DNA of 20,000 nucleotides, taken from assembly GCF_000711695.1 (NCBI RefSeq), contig NW_013547019.1, positions 366,772-386,771 of the forward strand, read 5' to 3'. Under the pieces are notes generated by a model. That model searched no databases and was not told the origin of the DNA. It worked only from the letters and a program-made list of their open reading frames with translations. This stretch comes from Tilletiaria anomala UBC 951 (taxonomy: Eukaryota). How positions within the stretch are numbered: the first letter of the stretch is position 1; each line of letters opens with the position of its first letter. This document shows positions 1 to 10,865 of this stretch, piece after piece. The position numbers and the translations under genes are program-made.

Positions 1-1
1 A

Positions 2-1258
2 CAACTGGACATTGATGCGATGCGCGATGCAGCATGTCGCCTCCTGGGAGAGCATGACTTCCGCAATCTGTGCAAGATCGATAGTAGCAAGCAGATCGAC
101 AATTTTCGGCGCAGGATTGATGGTGTCAGCGTCGATGTGGTCGAGCCTGGCTGGCCAGCACGCACGGTGCAGCAGCAGCTAAATCGCTCCGAAGGATCAC
201 CACCTTCTGTTTGTCTTGACGCCATCGCCCAGGGCCAGGAAGAGCGCATGTACGTCCTCAACTTGCGTGGAACCGCCTTTCTGTACCACCAAGTGCGTCA
301 CATCGTTGCGGTTCTCTTTATGGTTGGCGCGCGCCTCGAGTCACCCAGTGTAGTCGACGAGCTACTCAACGTTCATTCAGGCGCCCTTGTTGCCGATCGT
401 CTCGCCTTGCGAGCGAGGGCGATACGCACAGGCGTAGACGCTCCGCCAGATAGCCCATCGCGCTGGACACTACCTAATTCCACAGCGACAGGCATGCAGG
501 GCAAAACCGCAGCTGATGTACAGCGTGACGTGCTCGCCAGCGCTGGCGCTGACACGAGTACAGAGACGGCCGTATCCGACAAAGATGTGCAGGAGGTTTC
601 GGAAGCCTATCAACACCTTGCCGTCCTGGAAAGCAAGCCAGTGTACGAGATGGCCGCAGACCGGCCGTTGGTGCTCTGGGACTGCGGCTTCAAGCCCGAG
701 GACATACAATGGCGTGCTGGGGCCTGCGACGAGCCGCTATCACCGCGCCCGACGTCGACGACGATAGGAGGTGATCCGGGTGGAGGCACGGACATCGTAA
801 AGGCCATTGCGCAGAGCTGTGACAGGACAGCAGCGACGACGACAATGCACCTGCACTCGCAATGGGCCAAGGCTGCTATCCAAGCCGAGCTGAAGCGCCA
901 CTTTGTGCTCGCCGCGCCGTCGTCGGCCAGCGGCGGCGTCCTGCCCGCCAGTACGCTGTTTGGCGACGCGCGCTTTCCTGTGCTTGCGCCGCCGGCCGTC
1001 GACGACGTGCCCATGGAGGGAAAGAGGCACGAGCAGCGACGCATCGCGCTGCCGCTCGGCAACGGCACGTCGCGCAGCGGGAGCCCGGGCTACAGGCCAC
1101 TGCGGCTGCGCAAGCGGGACGAGACGGCGGCGGAGAAGAACGAGCGGTGGCTGAACGGCAAGGGCAAGCGCCGAGCGGACGCGCGCGGCGTCACGGCTCT
1201 CGAGCTCGCGAAGGGATATAGTGGTGGCAAGCGCAGACAGGAGCAGGATGTAGAGTAG
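2..1258 (+). CDS. PUS3: tRNA pseudouridine(38/39) synthase, TruA family (Pus3/Deg1-like); 5'-truncated by the window edge
   Basis: The frame is open from position 2 (QLDIDAMRDAACRLLGEHDFRNLCKID). TruA C-terminal motifs G-x-HDFRN-x-CK, LRGTAFLYHQVRHIVAVLFMVG and KPVYEMAADRPLVLWDC match fungal Deg1/Pus3. Stop TAG at 1256-1258. The catalytic Asp motif lies upstream of the window. Confidence 0.92.
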   Translation, partial: QLDIDAMRDAACRLLGEHDFRNLCKIDSSKQIDNFRRRIDGVSVDVVEPGWPARTVQQQLNRSEGSPPSVCLDAIAQGQEERMYVLNLRGTAFLYHQVRHIVAVLFMVGARLESPSVVDELLNVHSGALVADRLALRARAIRTGVDAPPDSPSRWTLPNSTATGMQGKTAADVQRDVLASAGADTSTETAVSDKDVQEVSEAYQHLAVLESKPVYEMAADRPLVLWDCGFKPEDIQWRAGACDEPLSPRPTSTTIGGDPGGGTDIVKAIAQSCDRTAATTTMHLHSQWAKAAIQAELKRHFVLAAPSSASGGVLPASTLFGDARFPVLAPPAVDDVPMEGKRHEQRRIALPLGNGTSRSGSPGYRPLRLRKRDETAAEKNERWLNGKGKRRADARGVTALELAKGYSGGKRRQEQDVE

Positions 1259-1607
1259 AAAGCTGAAATGCTCAAAGACTAAATGCAAAGCGCGATGCGC
1301 CGAGCACAACAACACAAACCCAGGCAAGCATCTCCAATTTAGAGTGAGCCTATTGCAAAGCAGTCGATCGTTGTAAAATGCATAGTCCATTTTAACGCCA
1401 CGGCAAAAAAGCGCACTAGAATACAACCAAGAAAGCCAGCCAGCGTACAGCCGAGCGAGAGAGCAGGAAATCACAGATAACACGGATGGATGATTGTTGC
1501 GTGTGAGCAGACACAGAGACAGACAGGCGGAATGCATGACCCGTTTTGCGTGACGAACATAGAAGAGTCTGCCGAGAAGACCGACCATACTGGGACTTGG
1601 GTTGGGA

Positions 1608-4600
1608 TCAGACGGCGGCATGCGTGTGCGGGTACGCGTGCGGATGGGTGAGGGAGTGAACGTGGGAAGCGCGATGGCCCGGCGAGTAGTCGACGTCGTT
1701 GAGGAGCTGCGAGATGGCAAGCAGGCGTTGCGGCTGCGACTGGCGGTCCGCGGCAGAGGTCACGCAGCCCTCGCTACTGAGCGAGCGCCGCGAACCCAAA
1801 CCGGTGAGCGAGGCGAGCGATGGTAGTGTTGGGTACGCACTTGCGCTCGCTGAGGAGGATAAGGCGGAAGCGGAGCTCGGCGACGAGACCGGCGTCTTGC
1901 AATGACCAGTCTGCAAATCGCTCCTGACGACCCGTTCGTCGTTCTCGCCCTCATCCTCGTCCATGCGCTCCGCGTCGTGCTCGGCGCCGTCGATGGTAAC
2001 ATGCGCAGCGGTTTCAACGTCGTTGTCACCGTCGGCGTCGCCCTGCGCAGCGTCGCATTCCTCCCTGCTGTTGCCCACGTTGCGCAGAGGCGGCAGCGTG
2101 TTGTCCTGTTGCGCAAGGAGCGCTGCGTCGGCCGCAGCGCGTTTGGGAAAGTTGATCGCAACAAGCATCTGCTTGATGAGCTCGATGTGGCGCAGCAGAA
2201 CGCCTGGCGGCACCAAGTCGGCAGCGGCGCGGGCGCCGTGCGCGCGGATCGTCTCTGCGCTGCTGCGCCGCCCACGCGCGAAGCCGAGCCCATCGATGCG
2301 CGCAACATCGTCGGCGATACAGTCGAGAGTCAAGCTGCGCGAAGGCGCGCGGTGCACATGCTGCTTATGGTCATGAGCGGCTGCTACGCTGGGCGAAGTG
2401 CTGTCGGCGGTGCTGGTACTGGTCGTGGTGGAGGACGACGAGGACGAGCGCTCCGATGCGGGCTCGCTGAGATCGCGCGGCGCGTGGCGGTAGCCGTAGT
2501 AGCGCGCGATGCTGGTGCTGGGGCTGGTGCTTCGGTCGGGGCCAGGACAGGGACCGGGCGCAGCGGAAAGCAACGATGAGATACCAAGAACAGGCCTACT
2601 GCCGTTGCCGTTGTCTGCATCGACATCCTGCATCTCTGAGTCTGAATCGAGCTCGTCGATCTCCTCGTCCTCCTCCAGCACAACATCCTTGCGTTTGATA
2701 ACGCTCCTGTGGGGGCTCCTGCTGCCCACCTTGTCATCGCCATCCTCCTGCTCCTGCACCACTTCGTCTGGATCCGACTTGACGTCGCGCACAGCCGAGG
2801 CGTTGACCTTGTGCCGTATCATCATCATCGTCATTGTCGACGACGGCGCGGCTCGCATGAGCGGCTCGACCTTGACAAAGCTCGCTTGGCTCATGTCGAT
2901 GGGAGCGACCTGCGGCATGGCGGGCGCGCCGCGTGCACCAATGCCGCCGCTGCCGGCAGCGCGCAGGTTGTCAAATGAGTACATGCTGCCGCCGTTACTC
3001 GCGCCCGCGCTCGCTGCTGACAACGAACGAGCGTGAGGCTGGCCAGGCAGGGACGGGTACAGCGACGCGTGTTGCGGTGCATTTTGCGCGAGCGATGCCG
3101 AGACGTCCGACAGGCGCATGCTGAAGCCGTGCGGGTGCGATGGTAGGCTTCCGCTGCCGCCGCCTGCTGCTGCTGCCGCGGCCGACGCGCGAGCCGGCAA
3201 CGGTGCGACGGGGCGCTTGCCGATCGCGCCGAGGTCGAGCGAGGGATAGATGTGCGTCTGGTGCTGGTGCTGCACCGCGACAGCGTCAGCGTCGTCCTCG
3301 CCCTCGTGCGTGCTATGTGGCCCCGTGGCCCACGGGACGCCGCCGTTGCCGGCGCCGTTGGAGGAGATGAAAGCGTCGAGCAGACCGTCGTCGAAGCCGG
3401 GTATACCGGTGAGGCCGGCGCTGTGCAGGCTGGAAAAGCTGAATGGAGAGTCGGCGCTGGCGCTACTGCCGGGTCCGCCAGCGCACGAGGGCGAGGAGGA
3501 CGCGAGCGTCGGCGGGCCGCTCGAAGCGCCAGTTCCACTGCCCATGCTGTCGTTCGACGAGGCGGCCGACGTGTGTGAGTGCGTGCTGTGCCCACTATAG
3601 CTGTCAAGGCTGTAGTTAGAGGGCGAAGGCGAGGCGCCGGTGCTGTTCGAAGACGCTACTGTCGTCGGCGGTAGGTACGCATTATAGGGGGCCTCGGAGG
3701 GCGGCGTCATGTCCGGCTCCGACCGCTGCTGCTGTTGCTGACTGCCGAGCGCCTTGACTGCGCTTGCACCAAGCTGCAGCAAGAATGCGTTGAGCTCAGC
3801 AAGGTTGACAGACGGCTGCTGCTGCTGCTGCTGTTCATGCTGCTGTTGTGCAGCAATTCCAGCTGCGTATGCCGCGCGGGCCGCCTGCTCTTGTTGCTGC
3901 TGATGTGCCACAGGGTTGATGGCGGAGAGGAGAGCTGCGAGCGCGCTCGGGTCGAGTGCGCCACTGCTGAATGCGTAGCTGAGCCGCTCGGCCATGTCTA
4001 TGCAGAGAGGCAACGCAAAGGTCAGCACAACACGAACCGGAAAAGAAAAAAGGAGACGAAGAAGACAGGTACGTACCTTGGTCGTACGTAGGATTGAGGC
4101 AACGCCGGCGGACATCGCCGATAAAGTCGTTGATGGCGGCAGCCTCGCGGTCGCGCTTGCCAAGCACGCCTGTCCTGCCGTGCGCGAGGTACGAATACGA
4201 GTTGGGGTCTGTCATGCTGGGACCGCCTGCGCCGTGCGGGCTGTGATGCGCTGCATGAGGGAAGTGGTGGTATTGGTGGTAGTACGAACCGCCGCCGCCA
4301 CTTCCATGGCTGGGCTTGCCAATGAGCGCATGGTAGCTGGGTGCGGACGTTGCCGATGCCGCTGCTGCATTCGACGACGATGACGATGGTGCGGACAAGG
4401 AGCGGTCGTAGCCGGTGGAAGAGTAGAGCGCTTCGGGACGGTGAAAGCCAAAGCCGGGTGGAGCATGAGGCGAGGAGGCATGAGTGTGGGCATAGGCGTG
4501 CTGCGGCGCAGCGCCGGCTGCGGCTGCTGCGGCAGCATAAGCAGCCGCTGACGGTCCGGCGACGGCGCTGGACGGTGGATGCGCACCGTAGTACCCATGG

Positions 4601-5262
4601 TGGAGGGTGGTTTGCGGAAGTGGGTGAGCGTGTGGGTGTACGCCAAGGGCTGCAGCATGGGCTGCTGCTGCGGCGGCGGCGGCGTTCTGGGCATGAGCGT
4701 GTGCGGCGGCATGGGAGCGGGCTGCTTGGCGTTCCTGCTGCTCTGCCTGATGTGCCTCGGTGTGGATGCGCTCGTGCTTTTTGAGGTCCTGGGGTCGCTT
4801 GAACGTCTTGCCGCACGAATCGCACGAGTGCGGCTTGAGGGGCGTGTGGACGCGGAGGTGGGAGGTGATGTGGTCGCGCTTGGCGCAGCTGACGTCGCAG
4901 GCCTCCCATTTGCAAGTGAGGCAGAGGTTGTTGGTGCTCTTGCGTCCGACGTGATCGTTGCACAGATGGTAGTACAGGTCCTCTGGGTCATTGTACGTCA
5001 GGGTACAGTCCTCCCAGCGGCAGTTAATGACCTTTGGCGGGCGCTTGCTGGCCATACTGGGGGGTGTGGTGGAGGTCGTGGCGGCGGCGGTGGTCATGCT
5101 GCCTCCTGCTGCTGAAGCGGCGGGGGAAGCGATGGCGGCATGGGTGTCACCGGCGGCGTGGCTGCCAGCAGGTGAGGATGCTGGCGGAGACGATGATGAC
5201 GCCGTGGTGGTGGTGGTAGGGGTGGTCATCGCTGGCAGGGGTGTCATTGTTGCTGCTGCCAT
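1608..5262 (-). CDS. pacC: pH-responsive C2H2 zinc-finger transcription factor PacC/Rim101, ~1191 aa; exons 5262-4077 and 3997-1608
   Basis: Three PacC-type fingers at ~5022-4762 ([66 protein letters not shown]). A 79-nt intron at 4076-3998 (GTACGT..GCTGAC..TAG) joins the two long ORFs into [19 protein letters not shown]. Three YPxL motifs follow. An in-frame TAG 15 nt upstream of ATG 5262 supports this start. Confidence 0.96.
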
Positions 5263-5442
5263 CGAGCTCGTCTTCTATGAGGAGAAGCGCACACCACCCG
5301 CAGTGGTATGGGATGGCGCTGCCGGATGCCGAGAGTGGGAAAGCGATGAGACTGGTGCAGTGCCGTGCTCGCAGTGTGGGTTCGTGTGGGCAGTGTACCT
5401 GTGTTTTTGGCCCCGTGGTCGGAGTGTGCAGTGTGCTGCAAT

Positions 5443-7785
5443 GCCAAGAATGGCCAGTGCCACTGTGGCGCGTGTCAGCCGGCTACTGGGCACTCTCAAA
5501 TGGACGGGCACGAGTGAGAAAACGTGGTGGCGCTGCTGCTGCCGAACGAAAGGGTCTAGACCTCCCGCTCAGGTGAGCAGAGCGAGCGACGTGCTTTATA
5601 TCCCAGTGAGGCCAGTCTAGTTCAGTCCAGGCCAGTCTGCACAGGCTCGCCCTAGCTGGTCCACACCGCGTTCGTAAAGATCTGACTGCGATGGCGATGT
5701 GCTCGATTCGCTGCTGCTGCTGGCTGATGTCAATGTGGGTATCAATGTCCCTACACTGTGTGCACACAAGGAAAAGCAGCCGCCTTGGGAAAGGGGGACG
5801 GGAGGGAAAGGAAAGGGAAGGGAAGGGTAGGCGGGTGAGGAGGAAATGGATAGATGCGTTGCGTATATATGTACATACAGTTGGGAGAAGGGGGGGGAGA
5901 AGAGGGACGCTCGGTTTAAGGCTTGGCATCCGCCCGATCACCTCACATGTTGTAAAAGAGGGCCTCGTTCTTGGCGTCCAATATGTATACAATCAGGCTC
6001 GTTGAGAGGGATTTTGCCTTCTCTGCCTGAGCTCACTGCTAAGTGCTTGGCTGCTGTGCTTTGCGGTGAGTTTGCGACTCACATCCAACTGACGGGGAAA
6101 CAAGTGGGCGAGGGCACCCGCAAGTCAAAGGACTTGCAGCGGGCCGAAAAAAGCACCCAATGCGCCCAGCGCAGACAGGTGTTCTACCGCCCAACTAGTC
6201 TTGGCACCCCGTCCGCATTCAGCTCATGGCAAGGGCGGAGGGATGAACCAGCGTCCATATGCTTCGAGGGCAATACATATTTCTCAAAGCACCATCCGCA
6301 AGGGTGCGACACTGGCGAGACGCGCCAGCGCCAAGACTGGTGGGCCATCCATCCAGCTCGCTTCTCGCAGGCGGCAGCACCAGAGCAGAGAAAGACTTGG
6401 CATTCTCACCCATTTCGGAGATAGTTCGCGGCTATTGCGTTCATGTGCATGGCGATTGGGCCCCCTTCTTCTCAGCTGGAACTCCGTGTAAATCCACCTC
6501 CACTCCTTTTTCACCTGCCATCAGCTTGTAAACCCGTGCCTCGTTCGGCATATAATCTATGTATCTCTCCACTCTCGTCTGGCGGTCGTTCGTTGAAAGT
6601 CGAACCTTTCCTGCTGTATTTGCCCACCACAGTCCGCTGGAGTCGAGGCAACATTTTGTGATCCAGAGCTCGTGGTTTGGAGCAGATATGTGACGAGAGC
6701 CGCCGGGTCCTACATATGACATGCATGTTTCATGGGGAGGGTCATACCTAAAATTGTGCTTTGTGCACTGTGCAGTACAGAGTAACTCACGCCGCTCGCA
6801 AGGAATCCAGAATCGGCAATGATGTTCGCAGACGGCTACGAAGTGCGAATTGCAACGAAACTCACAAAGAGACCAAGGTGCATACATACTGCATGCAGCC
6901 TTGAGCTTGTGTCTATCGTGCCAGCGACAAGTATGCACATAAACATTGGGACGAGTCGGCTTGCTCGCACAGGCTCCACGCAAGGGCCGTGCTCATGTAT
7001 GGGCGATGGACTGTGAATGCACAAGCATGTCTGCCTATGCCAGCGCACGCACCAACAGGGGAAAAGGCGAAAAGTCTTGGCACTCTCTCCTTGATGCTGT
7101 TGTAATACATGTAGTAGTGTACGCAACCCCAAGCGCTTCCTAATCACAGCTCCTGACGGGTCTTGCGCCCGACTACCTTGTATTGATTGACTATTGTCCT
7201 CGCATCACCCACACACACATATACATACTGTCCACCGCTGTCCATCCAATTCCTGGCGGTTTAGCGACTCGACTTGATGCTGTTAGTCTGTTCCGCGTTT
7301 GTTGGTTAGCTTGCGCGATAGATCCAGCGCTTTTGGACTTGGCAGTTCACGACGTCTTTTTGCACACCCCATCTGCCAGCAGCAGCAACGCGGGTGAAGG
7401 GAAACGGCAACAATGGCCGAAGAGGCGCTTCCTCGTCGAGAGTCGTCACGGACACACATTGCGCACAGGTTGGCTGCTGCCTGGCTGCATAAGTAGCAGT
7501 ACATGCGCTGTGACAGTGTCGCAAGTGCTTGGCATCCGTCATACCCGTCAACACGCATGCGAACGCAATACATACGAAGGTGTGAACAATACATGACTTT
7601 TCTGACAGTGTTTGCTCATCACAGCTCGTATTTTTGAGAGGGTTTGATCATGGATCATTGATACCTGCAACCCACAACAGCAGTGCCACAGCTCGTTCTC
7701 GGATCTTCGCATCGAGAGCCTTGACATCATGTTGACAGGGCTTGGCACTCATCACAATAGGCATGGAAGCAGCCTTTGCCTTGGC
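5443..7785. promoter_or_regulatory. Cluster of PacC/Rim101 binding sites (GCCARG) upstream of pacC
   Basis: GCCAAG on + at 5443 and 6330. CTTGGC on + at 5922, 5970, 6046, 6200, 6396, 7076, 7338, 7528, 7741 and 7780. CCTGGC at 7252 and 7480. Confidence 0.85.
5770..5872 (-). promoter_or_regulatory. Candidate pacC core promoter: TATA-like element followed by a CT-rich tract
   Basis: TATATA-like run at ~5864-5870, followed on the minus strand by a pyrimidine tract (plus strand GGAAAGGGAAGGGAAGGG, ~5785-5850). No minus-strand ATG lies between 5873 and the start codon. An alternative TATAAA is at 5600-5595. Confidence 0.4.
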
Positions 7786-8233
7786 GGGCGGATCACCAGC
7801 GTCGGAAATGAAGGGAGCAATGAGGCTGGGGGAATGGCAGACACAACCCTAACGTGTTTGGATGGTATTGGTGAGGATGCGTGGTTGCACCGAAAGAGAA
7901 ATGGACTGGAGGAGTTGCCGCCAGCCCACAGGCACAACATGCACGAAAGTCAAGTGGCAGACCGCCGTCTGCACTTTTTATTGACGCTTGGTGCAGCGAG
8001 CAATTGTAAGGGCATCGTCCCCTCTCATTCTTCATCGAGAGGAGAGGTGATGACTGCAACACCTGCAGCAGAGAAGGTTGTATAGTATCTCTTGAGACAG
8101 CTGCAGGCCGACATTTTGCCGAGAGAAGCGTGCAAGGAAAAGAAGCGCATAAGGCAGCGAGTGCGGCGGGCTCCCATCTCACCTTGAAAAAGACTTGCGC
8201 TCGTGCGTCCAGGCAGCAGCAACCCCATCCAAC

Positions 8234-9601
8234 ATGGCACTCCAGTCCCCAGCGCCGCTCCTCAAGCAGCTCTCAACCTCGCTCGATGGGCTGATTGAGA
8301 CACTCGACCCACTGCTCACCCAGCCGCTTGCTCAGCTCAGCGCGAGGCTCGAGTCGGGAAGCAGCAGCAGAAATGCAGAGCCTGCCCAGCCAACGGGAAA
8401 GGGGGCGGACAAGGACGAGAGCAGCGCGATCGGGAAGGATGGGCCGGCCACGATAAAGGACCAGGAGAAAGGCATAGAATTAGCTGGAAAACTAGATGCT
8501 GCTAGGCTGCACGCATCAATAGCGTATGTCTTGCTAGATCTCGTATGGAGTGAGTTGCCCAACCGTCAACCATTTGACCTCTACGGCTGACTCCCTTTTT
8601 GCTTGTCCAGTCTATCTCAAGACAAAAGGTGTCGATCCTGCTACGCACCCCGTGATGCCGGAACTGGTACGCTGCTGCCCCGTACCGCAATGTGTGGCTG
8701 TTACAAGCCGTACCTGCTGCAAGTGCTGACACTGTAGGACTCGCTCTGCTCTACACAGGAACGTGTGAAGGGCTACTTTCACAAAATCAAGCATGCGCAA
8801 GATAGTGAAAGCCGAGAAGGTCCGTGTATGCCCAAGACGTCGCCGTGCGCGCACATGCTGCTTGTGCTTTGAACGCTGACATTTACCGAACACGCTGACC
8901 GCTGGATTGCTTACCACACCGCAGCACGCTCCAACCTCGACCAGTCAGCAGCCGCGCGTTTCATCAGGCACGCCATTGGCGGCAGCGGGCACTCCTCGTC
9001 CTCGTCGTCATTTGCTGCGTCTGCAGCTGCGCAGTCGCCACAAGGCCAGCACAAGCGTTTCGACTTTGAGAAGGACGACAATGATGAGGATGGCGAAGGG
9101 CAGGGGGAGAGCGACAGCAGCGATGGCAATCAGGCAGGTGGAAGTGCGGGCAAGAAGCGCAACAGCAAGGAAATCGGTAAAGGGAAGCGAAGCGCTGCCG
9201 AGTCGGCGGCAGAGCTGGCGGTCACAGTAAAAGGGCCGTCAGGGAAACGCGTACAATTAGATCCCTTCACTGGTGAATATGAAAAGTCAAGCGGACAAGA
9301 CCTGCCGCTCCTTCTCGCTGCCGTGCGAGGCATCTTGATGGGTTGTGCTCATACTGACGCTTGCGCTCACCTACACGCGACAGGCTATCTTGATCCTGCC
9401 GACAGCAGCGCAACGACGACTCCACCACGATCTGCTATGATCACCACATCAAATCCGGCATCGACATCGGCATCCCAACCCGCCCTCTCGCAATCACAAT
9501 CACAACCCGGCACACCAGCGAATGGTGTGGCCGCCACCGAGGGGACAGGCGGGAAGAAGCAGAGGAAGAAGGAGAAGAAGAAAAGGGGAGGCAAACCATG
9601 A
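8234..9601 (+). CDS. C1D: Nuclear exosome cofactor C1D/Lrp1/Rrp47 (Sas10/Utp3/C1D domain), ~332 aa; exons 8234-8549, 8611-8666, 8759-8819, 8925-9272, 9384-9601
   Basis: The spliced product reads KLDAARLHASIAYVLLDLVWIYLKTKGVDPATHPVMPELERVKGYFHKIK..LDQSAAARFIRHAI..LDPFTGY..KKQRKKEKKKR. YLKTKGVDP..HPV..ELERVK.Y..KIK and AA.RFI are C1D/Rrp47 hallmarks. All four GT-AG introns have CTGAC-type branch sites. Summed CDS length is 999 nt, so the frame is intact. Confidence 0.88.
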
Positions 9602-10865
9602 TACGATGATCGATATGATGGGCATGTGTCACACCCTGCCCTCGCCATCCGATTCGCGCTTGTGCAACAGTCATTTCCCTGCTTCTCTCCCTCGCTTTTG
9701 GGCGGCTTGGCTTGTATGTCTATTAAGCTCACTGGTCTATGTATGTGTATCACAGCATCCTGGGGCAGGCCCATTATCCTGGCTTACAGCGCCGGCATAT
9801 TGGACGAATCTATTATCCAGGGCGCTCGTCACTGTTCGTTTCTGTTAAGCACAGTCGGTTAGGTATGTAGTTGAGACGGTTTGTAGTTGAGATGGTTAGG
9901 CACTGGTCAGCCGACGAGCCCGTCCCCTGCGGCAGCCTGTACCAGGCAGGTTGAGGCGCATCCTGTGCCCGTCGCCGGACCGCATTGATGATGCGGAGGC
10001 GAGGAGGAGAGCATTGCGCATGTTGCCGGCTACACTTGGGCAAGCGGGGCAGCGATAACGGGACCAACGAGGACCCGGCGGGTTGCTGGATGCCACCTCC
10101 TGATGTCAGTGGAGAATTCGATGATGCTTTAGAACTCTGATCATCAAAGCCTCGTGCGGCGGGCGCTCGGGCCGGGCTTTGGTGTGTCGGCCATGGACAG
10201 AGGTCTCCATTGAGCCTCTCACAACCCTAAACATGTCAAGCCTGGGGCCAGTCAAAAAGAACCCGCCTCATCCCCAGAGCGGGCACTGGGGTAGCACAGC
10301 ATGATCGAGCGCGCGTACCCGCCCCCCCACCCCAAGCAGCTGGGCCATATGGATAGCTGAGCATGTATCCTACCTAGTAGCTTGTTGGGTAAGTAGGGTG
10401 CCTCTCCATCATCCTAACCTGACAGTAACGCAGCGTGTCGTCCTGTATATGCGTCTCGTCTCTGCTCGACACACACACTCCATCTCTCGTGTAATCGGCA
10501 GAGAGGCCGGAGAGGAAGACCGCGTCAGCGGTGGTGAACCATCCTCGCCTCCTCATCTCCCACTGCTGCTACTGCACGCAGGTTCGGCCATTCTAGCCCC
10601 AGACGCCCAGTGCCCTGTGCCCAGCGAACGTATGGCTTGGCAAACAATTTGGACATCGGGCTCACGGACTCATTGCATAGCCAGTTACGGGCGCTGTTCA
10701 GCGTTCGATTGCATAACCGACAGCCGGGGTATTATTCCCAACGAAAGCGGCCCATCACACGACCACAAAAGTGAAGCAGGCAAGGCAAATCCGCAAGGCT
10801 ACCTACTATACACACTTCGGGGTTATTGACCAGAGCTTCCGCAACCGGCTGCCCCGCAAGTGTCA

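Noticed and set aside
4067..4078. Perfect 12-bp palindrome AGGTACGTACCT
   Set aside because: It coincides with the AG|GTACGT splice donor, whose consensus is nearly self-complementary.
3998..4163. PacC appearing as two ORFs (possible frameshift or pseudogene)
   Set aside because: A canonical 79-nt intron joins them and restores the PTYDQDMAERL segment.
740..5620. Many long overlapping or antisense ORFs (e.g. 740-1720 -, 1902-2579 +, 4022-4963 -, 4991-5620 +)
   Set aside because: Shadow frames of GC-rich Pus3 and PacC coding sequence, Arg/Ala-rich with no recognisable motifs.
5483..8240. Short ORFs of 60-190 aa in the pacC-C1D intergenic region
   Set aside because: No domain-like sequence or coherent exon chain. 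The region is better explained as regulatory.
9986..10145. TGATGA/ATGATG and CTGA words resembling box C/D snoRNA elements
   Set aside because: Spacing is unconvincing, and I could not recognise an rRNA-complementary guide or terminal stem.
10398..10829. ORF in the same frame as the bHLH first exon, separated by one TGA (possible readthrough extension)
   Set aside because: Not protein-like, and its only ATG falls inside a plausible 5'UTR intron (10630-10680).
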